Part shown: piece after piece, positions 42,957 to 52,614 of the stretch | Layout of the letters: every line of letters starts with the position of its first letter | How positions within the stretch are numbered: position 1 is the stretch's first letter | Virus record (IMG/VR): IMGVR_UViG_3300021171_000008 | Span: 1 to 64,000 of that record | Strand: one strand, 5' to 3' | Origin: a virus | DNA length: 64,000 nucleotides | Position numbers and translations under genes: made by a program | Notes under the pieces: model-generated | What the model saw: the letters and a program-made list of their open reading frames with translations, nothing else | Databases searched by the model: none | What the model was told of the DNA's origin: nothing

Positions 42957-43022
42957 AGGCTCATCAGGCGGCGCCTTACGCCGCGACACAGAGGCCCCAG
43001 GACGGGCCTCCGCGTTTCGCCC
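42957..43022 (-). ncRNA. Hammerhead ribozyme, type II
   Basis: GGGC-GAAAC-[GCGGAGGCCC/GGGCCUCUGU]-GUC-[GCGGCG/CGCCGC]-CUGAUGA-GCCU. Confidence 0.9.
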
Positions 43023-43411
43023 TGGTTCAGAGTCCCGCTCGCGTTCCTCAGACGTAGACTTTCCCGCTGCCGCCCTCTTCGATGTCGATCGGGTCATATT
43101 CGCCCGTGACCGCGCCGAACTCGTCAGGCTGCAACAGATATTCGCGGACATGTTCCCAGCCGCGATCTGCGGTGCGAGGCACGATGCGCAAAAGATGCTC
43201 CGGCGGGAACCCAAAGGACTCGTCCTCAAAATCAACGCGCACGCAGTCCGCCGTCTCGCGCTCGCTTCCAGTGACAGTCGCCAACTCGCAAGCGACCAGC
43301 CGTCCGTCCCAGTCGGCAATGTCATCGCCCTCAAGGTCCACTCGGTCGCCAATGCGAATATCGGCGGCCTTCACTTCGATCATGCATTCCATGGTCTTCG
43401 ACTCCGTTGGT

Positions 43412-43467
43412 AGGCTCATCAGTGGCGGCCAAACCGCCAGACGCGCGCCAGAGCGCGCGTTTCGCCT
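43412..43467 (-). ncRNA. Hammerhead ribozyme, type II
   Basis: AGGC-GAAAC-[GCGCGC/GCGCGC]-GUC-[UGGCGG/CCGCCA]-CUGAUGA-GCCU. Confidence 0.92.
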
Positions 43468-43646
43468 TCAGAACTTGACCGGGATCATGGTGACGCAATT
43501 GTCCTCTGTCTTTTCCAGGCGGACATGGCGCCACATATGGAGTTCGCGATCCCGGCGGATGCGCGCGAACTGTTTAGCCTCGGACTCATTGTCGAAGGCG
43601 CGGATCAGGTCTTGAGTGATACCGGGGTAGGTCACGATCCACTTGG

Positions 43647-44039
43647 TCATGCTGCCCTCCCGAGCGGGAACCGCACCGGCAGAGCCTCGCGGGCAAGACG
43701 ATCGCGCTTGGCCGCCATGGCCGCCTTGTAGGCCTCGACAATGCCCCCGTGCATGCCGACGCGGTCGAGGGAGAGTTTGCCGGTCGCCCAGGCGGCGCGA
43801 TCGGCGTTAGCCTGCGCCGCGAACTCAGCGCGAATCTTCGCGCGGTGTTTGGCGTCGTCGACGTGCGCCGTCTTCTGCCCGCTCGGGGCATTAGTCGGCC
43901 AAGTGTCGACCGCGACCTTGCGGCCGGGTTTCGCTGGCTTGGTGTAAATTGGCCCCCAGGACTCGGGCTCGACGCGCTTGCCGTCGCGATAGGGCAAGTC
44001 CTCGAACGAAAACGGGCGCAGATCAGATTCGCGTGACAT
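43647..44039 (-). CDS. Hypothetical early protein
   Basis: Follows promoter 44084-44112 and GGAGTCGAACCC RBS. Confidence 0.55.
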   Translation of the reverse strand: MSRESDLRPFSFEDLPYRDGKRVEPESWGPIYTKPAKPGRKVAVDTWPTNAPSGQKTAHVDDAKHRAKIRAEFAAQANADRAAWATGKLSLDRVGMHGGIVEAYKAAMAAKRDRLAREALPVRFPLGRAA

Positions 44040-44083
44040 GGGTTCGACTCCAGTTTGGGCGCCGTAGGCGGCGCCTGTCCCTC

Positions 44084-44112
44084 AAATAGGGGGTTACGGT
44101 ACGCCGGTCAAG
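44084..44112 (-). promoter_or_regulatory. Sigma70-type promoter of early operon
   Basis: CTTGAC-N17-CTATTT. Confidence 0.75.
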
Positions 44113-44443
44113 CTATTTTCGTCGTCATCGTGACGATTTTCTCGAGCCGGAACGGACTCCTTATTACATTGTCCCCAGCCAGTCCCCTTCCCAGGCTCGA
44201 GGAACAGCCAGTTTGTCCCGCGCTTGTCCCCAGCTCGGACATGTCCTCGTTTGTCCCTCGCAGCTGTCCCTTTTCGGTCCCTCAAGCCACAAAACGCGAT
44301 AGGCGATTAAACGGCCAGAAACGGTCGCTGAGACGCCCCTTTTTGCAGTCGATGCAGATCCCCTAGATTGCAGAGCGCCCGTCAGCGCCCTGTTTAAAGC
44401 CCAGCAAAGGGCTAAAGGTGTTACAACCTAAGCGTCAGTTGTG

Positions 44444-44746
44444 TTAGGTCGGTTTCAGGTTTTTGAGGTAATTTTCCGAAATTTGCGCGCTAAGCCTTTG
44501 GCGACCTTCAGTGTACCAAGCTGGGGTTCTTTCCCTCGCAAGCGGATTCGGCGGCTTAGGCGGGACATGCAGGCTCAATCCCCGACGCCGTTGACCGAGG
44601 GCATAGATCTGCCGGACCCGCTCGCGCGACAAGCCAAACTCATCGCCGACCGATCGCAGCGTTCGCCCCGATAGGACCGCAAGCCTTATTGCCTCATCGC
44701 GTTCCGGCGTCCTCGTCCAATTGCCTTCAGCGATCCCGTACAGCAT
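44444..44746 (-). CDS. Sigma70 region-4-like HTH protein
   Basis: GRTLRSVGDEFGLSRERVRQI. Confidence 0.7.
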   Translation of the reverse strand: MLYGIAEGNWTRTPERDEAIRLAVLSGRTLRSVGDEFGLSRERVRQIYALGQRRRGLSLHVPPKPPNPLARERTPAWYTEGRQRLSAQISENYLKNLKPT

Positions 44747-46120
44747 GGTTCGACTCCTCACTCCACTTGCAGATCATGCAAATGGACGCCAGGAATGGAT
44801 CGCGGTCAAGAGCGCTTCAGTGGATCTCGTCGTCGACGTCGAAGTCTCGCTTGGGCGATGGCTCACGGTCGTCGATCGCTTGCCAGTTGCGCTCGGTCTT
44901 TTGAGCGCGAATTTTCGCCAGCTCTTTGTCCGTGAGCGTGCCGAACCGATCGACCAGCTCAAGCTTGCCGCCGTTGTACCAAGCCGCGCCTTTGGTCGGA
45001 TTGATGAGCCGACGCCAGACGTCGCCGTGCTCGGCCTGGAAGCGCAACCGTCGATCGCGGACGAAAGCGCTGTCCGCAATGATCTCCACCGTGTCAGGGA
45101 TCTCGCCACGCCGCAGATAGGGCCACAGGCGCGCAGCGATGATCCACTCGCGGCAATTGGGCTTGCGGAACGCCTCATGCGCCCAACGCCCGCAGTGGGC
45201 TAATTCGCCGCTATCGCGAATCCAGGCCAAATCGCCATAACGCCGCTCGGTCAGTACGCGCGCCGTCAAAGTGCGGTCCGAGCGTTTCGCGGCCGGTCCA
45301 GGGCGCCGAATGGAACAGGTGATCAGCACCGCGCGCGTGGCTCGATTGATCACCGCCCAAGGCTCAAACAACGCCAGAACCTCATCAGCGCTCGCCAGGG
45401 TTGGACTTCCCCGCCTCGCAATTTCAATCATTTGCGCCTCCGCTACCAAAACCTGTCAAGCGAAATCGCCACTCCAAAAACCCCAATCTTATCAAAGCCA
45501 AAACCCTAAGCCCTTGACATCCTTCAACTGTCCCTGCTATCCCCTCGCGCGCGAATCCCTAACAAATTACAGCAGCCCACTGGGCCTAGGCGTCGCTAGG
45601 CCCCCTGTGGGGATGCGACTGCAAATGATCAACCATAAAAAACCTTCGATCTTAGGGCTTCTAGGGGACGTTAGCGTCCCTATCTCCTCCCTTTCTGCAC
45701 CTTCTGCAAGCGCTTCTAAGCGCTTCGCGCCTTACGGCGAAGCTTAGAAGCTCTCTCCTATAAAAAGACAGCACAGAGCCTCTACCTTCGTTCCCCTTCA
45801 CCCGCTGGTCCCTTCCTCGGAGACTGAAACGAGTGTCGTTTTGTCCTGTCCCTGGCCGGTTCTGCGCCGGTTGCGCGTCGAGCGCTGCGAGCGGGCTCAA
45901 ACAGGGGCTAAGTGCTTGATGTTGCTGAGTGCTGTGCGTGTATCTGAAGATTGTGAGACACGCAATAAACGCATACCACTTCCGGGGCGTGCATCGTGCC
46001 AAATCAGTGCCAATAGAGGGCCGCTGCGGCGGCAGGAGGGTGGGGGGGGGACCGCCCATCTTGAACTTTTAGGCTTGTAGCGTTGAGGTAAAAATCTGGT
46101 TGGTTTGGCGGAGATTGAAC

Positions 46121-46699
46121 ATGGCAGATCCGGGAAAGCCAAGGGCACGGAAGAGCAGGGCGCTGACGAGTGAGGAATTGGCGGAGCGGGAGAAGCAGGC
46201 GAAGGAGATGGAGGGTTCGATTGAGCAGATGTCGGCGAATGGTCTGACGCCTCAGGAGATCAGTTTGCTGACGGGGTTGAGCGCGGATCGGCTGTACAGG
46301 AAGTACAAGGGGCAGATGATGAAGGGCGGGGCGAGGCGGACGAACGAGGTTGCGCAGGCGGCGTATTTGATGGCGACGGGGGGACCGGAGAAGAACTGGC
46401 GACAGGCTGACGCGAGTATGAACAAATTTTGGTTAGAGCGTCGTGGTGGGCCGATCTGGGCGCCGCCGAAGCCGGATCAGGAAGCGGGGCCGGACTTGAC
46501 GCGGTTGAGTGTTCCGCAATTGATTGAGTTGGAGCGGGCGTTGCGGCCGCTAGCGAGACATCCGGTGCTGATTGATGCCGAGGTCGAATCTACCGAGCCA
46601 CGAGGCGGTGGTGGCGGAGTTGATGAAAAGGGAGCTGGGGATTTCGTCGATGGAGGCGTCGGCGAGCGTGTCGACGGTTCGGGAGCGGTGCCGGAATAG
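46121..46699 (+). CDS. Terminase small subunit (putative)
   Basis: HTH-like N-half, KFWLERRGG; directly upstream of and overlapping TerL. Confidence 0.65.
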   Translation: MADPGKPRARKSRALTSEELAEREKQAKEMEGSIEQMSANGLTPQEISLLTGLSADRLYRKYKGQMMKGGARRTNEVAQAAYLMATGGPEKNWRQADASMNKFWLERRGGPIWAPPKPDQEAGPDLTRLSVPQLIELERALRPLARHPVLIDAEVESTEPRGGGGGVDEKGAGDFVDGGVGERVDGSGAVPE

Positions 46700-48233
46700 T
46701 TTGGTGAATTTTGTTGAGGAGGCGTGGCCGATTTTGGAGCCCCGGATGGTGTTTGTGAAGGGGCCTTTGGTCGAGGCGATCTGCGAGCATTTGGAAGCGG
46801 TTTCGGCGGGGCTGATTACGCGGCTGTTGATCAATGTTCCGCCTGGGTCGGCGAAGTCGCTTTTGGTCAGTGTGCTTTGGCCGAGCTGGGAATGGGGCCC
46901 TCGGGGTCTGACGTCGTATCGGTACATCAGCTCCAGTTTTGCGGAGAGCGCGTGCGTTCGGGACGTTCGCAAGATGCGGATGTTGGTGACCAGCGACTGG
47001 TATCAGCGTCACTGGCCGCATGTTGAGTTGACGCGCGGTGGGGAGCTGTCGTTTGAAAATTCGATGACGGGGACGCGGGACGGGGTTGCGTTCTCCAGTC
47101 TGACTAGCCGGCGCGGTGACAGATTGATTCTGGATGACCCGCACAGTGTGGAGAAGGCGGAGAGCCCGAACGATCGGGAGAAGGCGACGCGGCGGTTTCG
47201 GGAGAGCGCGGTGAACCGTCTGAACGATCAGGCGCGCTCGGCGATCGTTGTGGTGATGCAGCGGCTGCACGAGGCGGACATCAGCGGGGTGATCATGGAG
47301 TACATGCCCGATTATTGTTTGTTGGTTTTGCCGATGGAGTACGAATCGTCGCGGCATTGCGAAACGAGCATTGGATTTAGCGACTGGCGGCGCAGCGAGG
47401 GGGAGCTTTTGTTTCCGGCGCGGTGGGGCCGGCAGGAGGTTGAGAACCTCAAGCGGGACATGGACAAATTTGCGTGGGCTGGCCAGTACCAGCAGCGGCC
47501 GGCGCCGCGAGGCGGGGGGCTGTTTCCGTATGGCGGCTGGGAATATTGGCATCGCGGGATTGCGCTGACGTTCGGCAGGAACGAATCGCAATATCCGGAC
47601 ATGGACGTGATCCTGGGCTCGCTGGACCCGGCTTACGGCGAGAAGCAGGAAGCCGATTTTTCGGCCTTCATCGTGCTCGGGCTCTGGACGAACCATCGCG
47701 GGGTGCAACAGGCGATGTTGATGGCTTGCTGGCAGAAGCGGCTGGCGTTGAACGATCTGGTCGAGGAGGTGATCAAATCGTGCAGAAAATTGAAGGTCGA
47801 TCGGCTCTTAATCGAGCTGAAAGCGTCAGGGATCTCGGTCGCGCAGGAGATTTCGCGGCTGACGCGGGACGAGGAATTTGCGGTCCAGCGGATCGATCCG
47901 GGTAATATGGACAAGGTTTCGCGCGCGAACGCGCTGTCGCATTTGTGGGGCGAGGAGCAGGCGGATGGCAGTGTGCGCAAGGGCGTCATCTGGTGCCCAG
48001 CTCAGACGCAGAGTAACGGGGCGGTTTGGCCTCGGGATTGGGCCGAGCTGTGCATGAGCCAGTGCGCGAGCTTCCCGAAAGGGAAATTCGACGACATCGT
48101 TGACGCCTTGTGTCAGGCGCTGAAGTGGTGCCGCGATCGGGGCTTGCTGAAGAAGTCGACCGAGGTCCAGGCGGAGGAATACGCGGAGCTGATGGCGTCG
48201 CCGCTTCCCCCGCAGCCGCTGTACCCGATTTGA
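46575..48233 (+). CDS. terL: Terminase large subunit
   Basis: LLINVPPGSAKS, LILDDPH, VVMQRLHE, QYQQRP, IELKASG, FPKGKFDDIVDA. Confidence 0.95.
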   Translation: MPRSNLPSHEAVVAELMKRELGISSMEASASVSTVRERCRNSLVNFVEEAWPILEPRMVFVKGPLVEAICEHLEAVSAGLITRLLINVPPGSAKSLLVSVLWPSWEWGPRGLTSYRYISSSFAESACVRDVRKMRMLVTSDWYQRHWPHVELTRGGELSFENSMTGTRDGVAFSSLTSRRGDRLILDDPHSVEKAESPNDREKATRRFRESAVNRLNDQARSAIVVVMQRLHEADISGVIMEYMPDYCLLVLPMEYESSRHCETSIGFSDWRRSEGELLFPARWGRQEVENLKRDMDKFAWAGQYQQRPAPRGGGLFPYGGWEYWHRGIALTFGRNESQYPDMDVILGSLDPAYGEKQEADFSAFIVLGLWTNHRGVQQAMLMACWQKRLALNDLVEEVIKSCRKLKVDRLLIELKASGISVAQEISRLTRDEEFAVQRIDPGNMDKVSRANALSHLWGEEQADGSVRKGVIWCPAQTQSNGAVWPRDWAELCMSQCASFPKGKFDDIVDALCQALKWCRDRGLLKKSTEVQAEEYAELMASPLPPQPLYPI

Positions 48234-48781
48234 CCTAAACGGCCACGGCGGCTATATTCGCCATTATGACCACAGATGAGGCCGTGACCATTTTGGACAA
48301 CATTCCGGGGAATGTGGTCGTTCCGGCCGCTAAGGTCGTTCAGATGTTGCGCGCATGGAAAGGCGTCGATGCAAACGAGGTCATCGACGTGCTGGAGCAG
48401 TTGAGGCCGTCTGAGGTGCTTGAAGTCGTCGCGTTCGCCGAGCGCAAAATCGCCCGCCGGAATCGGCCGCGCTAGGAGCGTTGGAAGATGACGCGGGCGG
48501 AGGCGATCAGGGCGATGGATCGGCGGATGAGGGTCCGAGTCGGTGCGTTCCGTAATCCGGACAGCTGGGGTTATTGCGAGGGAGTGATCACGCACATCTG
48601 CCGCTGCGGCGTGGTTGGCGTCGAGGACGATGGCGGGACGACCTATTTCCGGCCGCAGCGGACTGTGCGGGCGGTGGGACCGGCCCCAGCGCCGGAACCG
48701 GCCCCTTCAGTCCATCCGTGAGGCGCGTTGGCGGACCGAACCTCCGGACTGTACACCTCCATCCTGGGAGGAAAAAGCGAC

Positions 48782-49606
48782 ATGACGCTGATCCGGGTGT
48801 TTCCACGCAAGACGAAGGCGACGCCGGACGACGAGCTGGCCTATTTCGGACCCCCTGATTTGTTCGCGCGCGCCGACGAGGTGCATGTTTCGGTGGCGTT
48901 CACCTACGACAAGCCGAAGGCGGAATGGCTGGCCGAGCAATGGCGGCATGTTGCGCCGGTCAAGGTCGGCGGCGTCGCTTATGGCGATCGCGGTGATGAG
49001 TTTGTTCCTGGCCGCTACATCAAGCCAGGGTACGTCTTCACCAGCCGGGGGTGCCCTCGGCGTTGCTGGTTCTGTTCGGTCTGGAAACGCGACCCGGTTC
49101 CGAGGTTGTTGCCGGTCATCGACGGCTGGAACATTCTCGATGACAATCTTCTCGCCTGCCCGCGCGAGCATGTCGAGGCGGTGTTTGCGATGCTGCGGGG
49201 GCAGAAGCGGCGGGTGGAGTTCACTGGGGGTCTGGAGGCGCTGGCCTTGGAGGATTATCAGGTCGATCTCTTGGCGGGTCTCACGCCTCGACCGAACATG
49301 TTCTTCGCCTACGATCCCGGCGACGAGTTCGAGACGCTGCGCTCGGCGGCGCGGCGGCTTTTGGATGCCGGGTTCACTGCCGAATCGCATCGGATGCGGG
49401 TCTATGTGCTGATTGGCTATCCCAAGGATACGATCAGCGCCGCCGTAGAGCGGTTGCGCGCTATGGAGGGAATTGGGTTCACGCCGATGGCGATGCTGTG
49501 GCGCCCGGAGACGCTGAGTCAGGAGAAATGGACGCCGGATTGGCGCTGGCGCGGGTTTCAGCGGCGGTGGGCGCGGCCAGCGCTGATTCATGCGCGTGCG
49601 GTGTAA
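48782..49606 (+). CDS. Radical SAM protein
   Basis: TSRGCPRRCWFC (CxxxCxxC), LDDNLLA, YVLIGY. Confidence 0.85.
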   Translation: MTLIRVFPRKTKATPDDELAYFGPPDLFARADEVHVSVAFTYDKPKAEWLAEQWRHVAPVKVGGVAYGDRGDEFVPGRYIKPGYVFTSRGCPRRCWFCSVWKRDPVPRLLPVIDGWNILDDNLLACPREHVEAVFAMLRGQKRRVEFTGGLEALALEDYQVDLLAGLTPRPNMFFAYDPGDEFETLRSAARRLLDAGFTAESHRMRVYVLIGYPKDTISAAVERLRAMEGIGFTPMAMLWRPETLSQEKWTPDWRWRGFQRRWARPALIHARAV

Positions 49607-50273
49607 CCCCGATGGGCATCTGGGCGTTGATCGTGATGTGGTGGCGGGCGCGGCAGCGGGACGTCGACATGGAGATCCTGTGGCCGATCTGCCTGCGGGA
49701 GGCGGGCGATCTCGACCGGGCGAAAGCAGCATTTGCATTTCATGCTATGAACGACCCCGCGTGGTTGTGCCTGGGCGAGGAGCGGTTGCTCGCCTTCATC
49801 GACCGCCTGGAGGCCTATGACTGATGCCGACGAGCCGCCGTCTCTATGGAAACGCGGTTGATCAGATTGCCGATCGACTGACGGAGTCGCGCAAGCTCCT
49901 GCTTGAGGCGTTCAAAGCGATGGTGGATGAGCGCCCTGGCGAGGCGCAGACGTTGCTCGAACAGGCTGAGATGACGATTAGCGGCGCGGCGACGTTGGCC
50001 AAGTGGGCGACGACGCTCGTGAAGGAGGCGCGATGAGGATCGCGATTGTGCTTTTGGCCAATGCGCTCGTTTGGACGGCGCTTTGGCAGCTGGCGTCAGC
50101 GATGGCGCAATTCCGATGACCTCGCCAGCGCGGCAGCGGTTGTTGGACTTGGCGCAGAAGCTGGAGGATAGAGTTCCTCTGACGCCGAAGGAAAAGGCCT
50201 TTCTCGTGAGCGCCCTGTTAGCGATCAGCTTGGGCGTGGACGCCAATGAGGCGCTGTGGCTTAAGGACCGCAA

Positions 50274-50350
50274 GCCCAGGTAGCTCAGTTCGGTAGAGCG
50301 CTGCGTTGAAGGCGCAGGCGTCGGAGGTTCGATTCCTTCCTTGGGCACCA
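50274..50350 (+). tRNA. trnF: tRNA-Phe(GAA) with encoded CCA
   Basis: Full cloverleaf: GCCCAGG/CTTGGGC acceptor, CTGCG-TTGAAGG-CGCAG anticodon arm, GGAGG-TTCGATT-CCTTC T arm. Confidence 0.9.
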
Positions 50351-50820
50351 ACCAACATGCCAGATTCATCGAGCGCTTGCGCGGCTCGAAACCGGGCGTG
50401 TTCGCTTTCGCCTATTGGCTCAACTCGCGCGGCTACTGGGTCGAGATTGCGCCGACCAGGGAAGCGCCGTGCGCGGCCGAGCACCCGCAGTACATCGACG
50501 GCGGCGACCTATTCGCCTGGAAGGATGGCCCGAGGCTGCGAATCGAGGTCAAGACGCTTGGCGTCACCTTTCGCGGCCGAAACGATTGGCCCTATCCCAA
50601 TGTTTTCGTCGCTAGCGCGATGTCGGTCGATCGCGCGATCGGCGAGGTCTATGCCTGGGTGAGCGTGAGCCATGACCTCGCCGCCGCCGTGATGATGGAG
50701 GCGACGACGTTCGGGACGTGGACCCGCACAACGAAGACCGCCAGCAATACCGGGAATGACGAGATCTTCTACGCGGCCCCGATGGAGGGGGTGAAATTCA
50801 TCAAATTGGCTCAGAGTTGA
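50341..50820 (+). CDS. PD-(D/E)XK nuclease-like protein
   Basis: DGGDLF..RIEVK; start uncertain (TTG inside tRNA). Confidence 0.5.
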   Translation: MGTNQHARFIERLRGSKPGVFAFAYWLNSRGYWVEIAPTREAPCAAEHPQYIDGGDLFAWKDGPRLRIEVKTLGVTFRGRNDWPYPNVFVASAMSVDRAIGEVYAWVSVSHDLAAAVMMEATTFGTWTRTTKTASNTGNDEIFYAAPMEGVKFIKLAQS

Positions 50821-51185
50821 CACTAGTTGACACCATCTTGACGGTTTCTGCGGTTGGTGCAAGATGGCGGTCGCCAACCTTAAAGGGAGGCGCGTCACAG
50901 GAGTAAGCGGATGGCCACTACAGACACGTATAAGTCGATCAACGATCCGGGTTATCGGATCGATGAGGTCGATCAGGCGAAGGAGCGCATTGCGGGGCGG
51001 TTTCGGCGCAAGATCGAGCTGGTTCAGCAGATCAATCGGGCTAAGGGCGAACTCTATGCCATGGAGATGGAGGACGCCGCCGATCGGTATCTCATCAAGG
51101 AGCTGAACAAGTCGCCGTACAGCTCGCTGAAGAGCTACTTCAAGGTTGAGGCCCGCAACCAGCCTGAGTTGCGGAACTAAGGGGG

Positions 51186-51209
51186 AAGGGCCGCTTCGGC
51201 GGCCCTTTT
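51186..51209 (+). terminator. Intrinsic terminator upstream of RAMP operon
   Basis: AAGGGCCGC-TTCG-GCGGCCCTT-TT. Confidence 0.8.
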
Positions 51210-51295
51210 CATTTCTGGGCCTTGACGTTTCGCAGATCGTGCAAATATGGGCGAAACCACGGCCTACCGTTGGCTATTACAGCAAAGGAGTCGAA

Positions 51296-52111
51296 ATGAA
51301 GTCCCCGAGGGTGACGGCTAAGAAAGAATCCGTCGAAATCAAACCGATTGAGATGCGCAAATTCGTCGTCCATCTGGTCGGCGAGAATCTTCTCATGCAC
51401 CGCTTCGCGCAAAAAGCGTGGCAAGAACTGCTTTTGCCCGCCTCGAAAGGGAAGGCGGCCGAAGGCGCGCCGCTCAAGCATGATCCTCTGAGCGAGTTTC
51501 GCGATTCGCTCTATCGCTGCCGCGACGTCCAGGCGCCAACCCTGTTTCACTTGCCGAACGGCATCGTGAGCAAGGCCATGGCGGCGGCGGCGCTCGACAT
51601 GGGCGGGGCGTTCAAGACACAAATCCAGCGGCTGACCATGGTTCTGACGCCGACGCTGCATTTGTACGGCGTGCCGGAGCTGCGCATGGACATGGTGCGC
51701 AACTCCGATATGGCCAGGACGCCGGATGTGCGGACGCGGCCGATCTTTAAGCGCTGGGCGCTCCCCAATGTGGTGATCCAGTACAAGGTCGCGCCGCTCA
51801 ACGACAGCCAGATGCTGAATCTGCTCGCGGGCGCCGGCCAGATCGTCGGTTTCGGTGATGGTCGCCAGCAAAAGGGCGGTGGCCCGGAGGGCGGCCCGTT
51901 CGGCTGCTTCCGCATCGTCAGCGATCACAATGATCCGGAGCTGAAGGAGATCATGGCGACCGGCGGGCGGGCCGCACAGCAGGCCGCGTGGACCGATCCG
52001 GAGATGTTCGACGAGAACACCGCCGAATTGATGGACTGGTTCAACGTTGAGATCGATCGCCGCCACAAGCCTCGTCGGGGCGATGGCGCCGCCGTGCAAG
52101 TGGGAGCTTGA
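51296..52111 (+). CDS. Cas7/RAMP-like RNA-binding protein, putative effector of the GGY-NN arrays
   Basis: VHLVGENLLMH first strand, HLPNGIVSKAMAAAA helix, C-terminal Gly-rich loop AGQIVGFGDGRQQKGGG..FGCFRI; own promoter CTTGAC-N17-AATATG at 51221-51249. Confidence 0.75.
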   Translation: MKSPRVTAKKESVEIKPIEMRKFVVHLVGENLLMHRFAQKAWQELLLPASKGKAAEGAPLKHDPLSEFRDSLYRCRDVQAPTLFHLPNGIVSKAMAAAALDMGGAFKTQIQRLTMVLTPTLHLYGVPELRMDMVRNSDMARTPDVRTRPIFKRWALPNVVIQYKVAPLNDSQMLNLLAGAGQIVGFGDGRQQKGGGPEGGPFGCFRIVSDHNDPELKEIMATGGRAAQQAAWTDPEMFDENTAELMDWFNVEIDRRHKPRRGDGAAVQVGA

Positions 52112-52112
52112 A

Positions 52113-52604
52113 ATGGAGCAAGAACGACGAGAGCTTTTGTGGCAGGCGTTGGTCGCCAGCGCTGTTGACGGTCTCATCACGGCCGATAGCGTGGTCGAAG
52201 CCGCGAAGGACCCCGCGAACGTCCTGCACGGCGAGTTCGAGTGGCGGGACGATGTCGCCGCTCACCGATACAGGCTGCAACAGGCGCGGCAGCTGATCCG
52301 GATCTATTCCCCGCGAGTGGATTACATCTCGATCAAGGACGAGGCGCCGGTCGAGCGCGACATCGTCTACTTGCACGATCCGCGCGTCGGCCCGCGTGTC
52401 CAGGCCTACGTGTCGTCGGCCACTCTCGCGGACGATGGCGACGCTTCGCTCACGGCGGTCTTGCTCGAACTCAGGTCCGTCAGCGCGGCGGTGACGCGGC
52501 TCGCGCGCGTCGCTCATGCTCTGGGAGTCGAGTGCCCGACTGGGGATCTGGAGGCCGCCGTCCAGGCGTTGGCTGAGCGTCTCCAGGGGCGGAATGCAGC
52601 GTAA
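52113..52604 (+). CDS. Partner protein in RAMP operon
   Basis: VVEAAKDPANVLHGEFEWRDDVAAHRYRLQQARQLIR; lies between RAMP gene and array. Confidence 0.7.
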   Translation: MEQERRELLWQALVASAVDGLITADSVVEAAKDPANVLHGEFEWRDDVAAHRYRLQQARQLIRIYSPRVDYISIKDEAPVERDIVYLHDPRVGPRVQAYVSSATLADDGDASLTAVLLELRSVSAAVTRLARVAHALGVECPTGDLEAAVQALAERLQGRNAA

Positions 52605-52614
52605 GTGCGTATCA

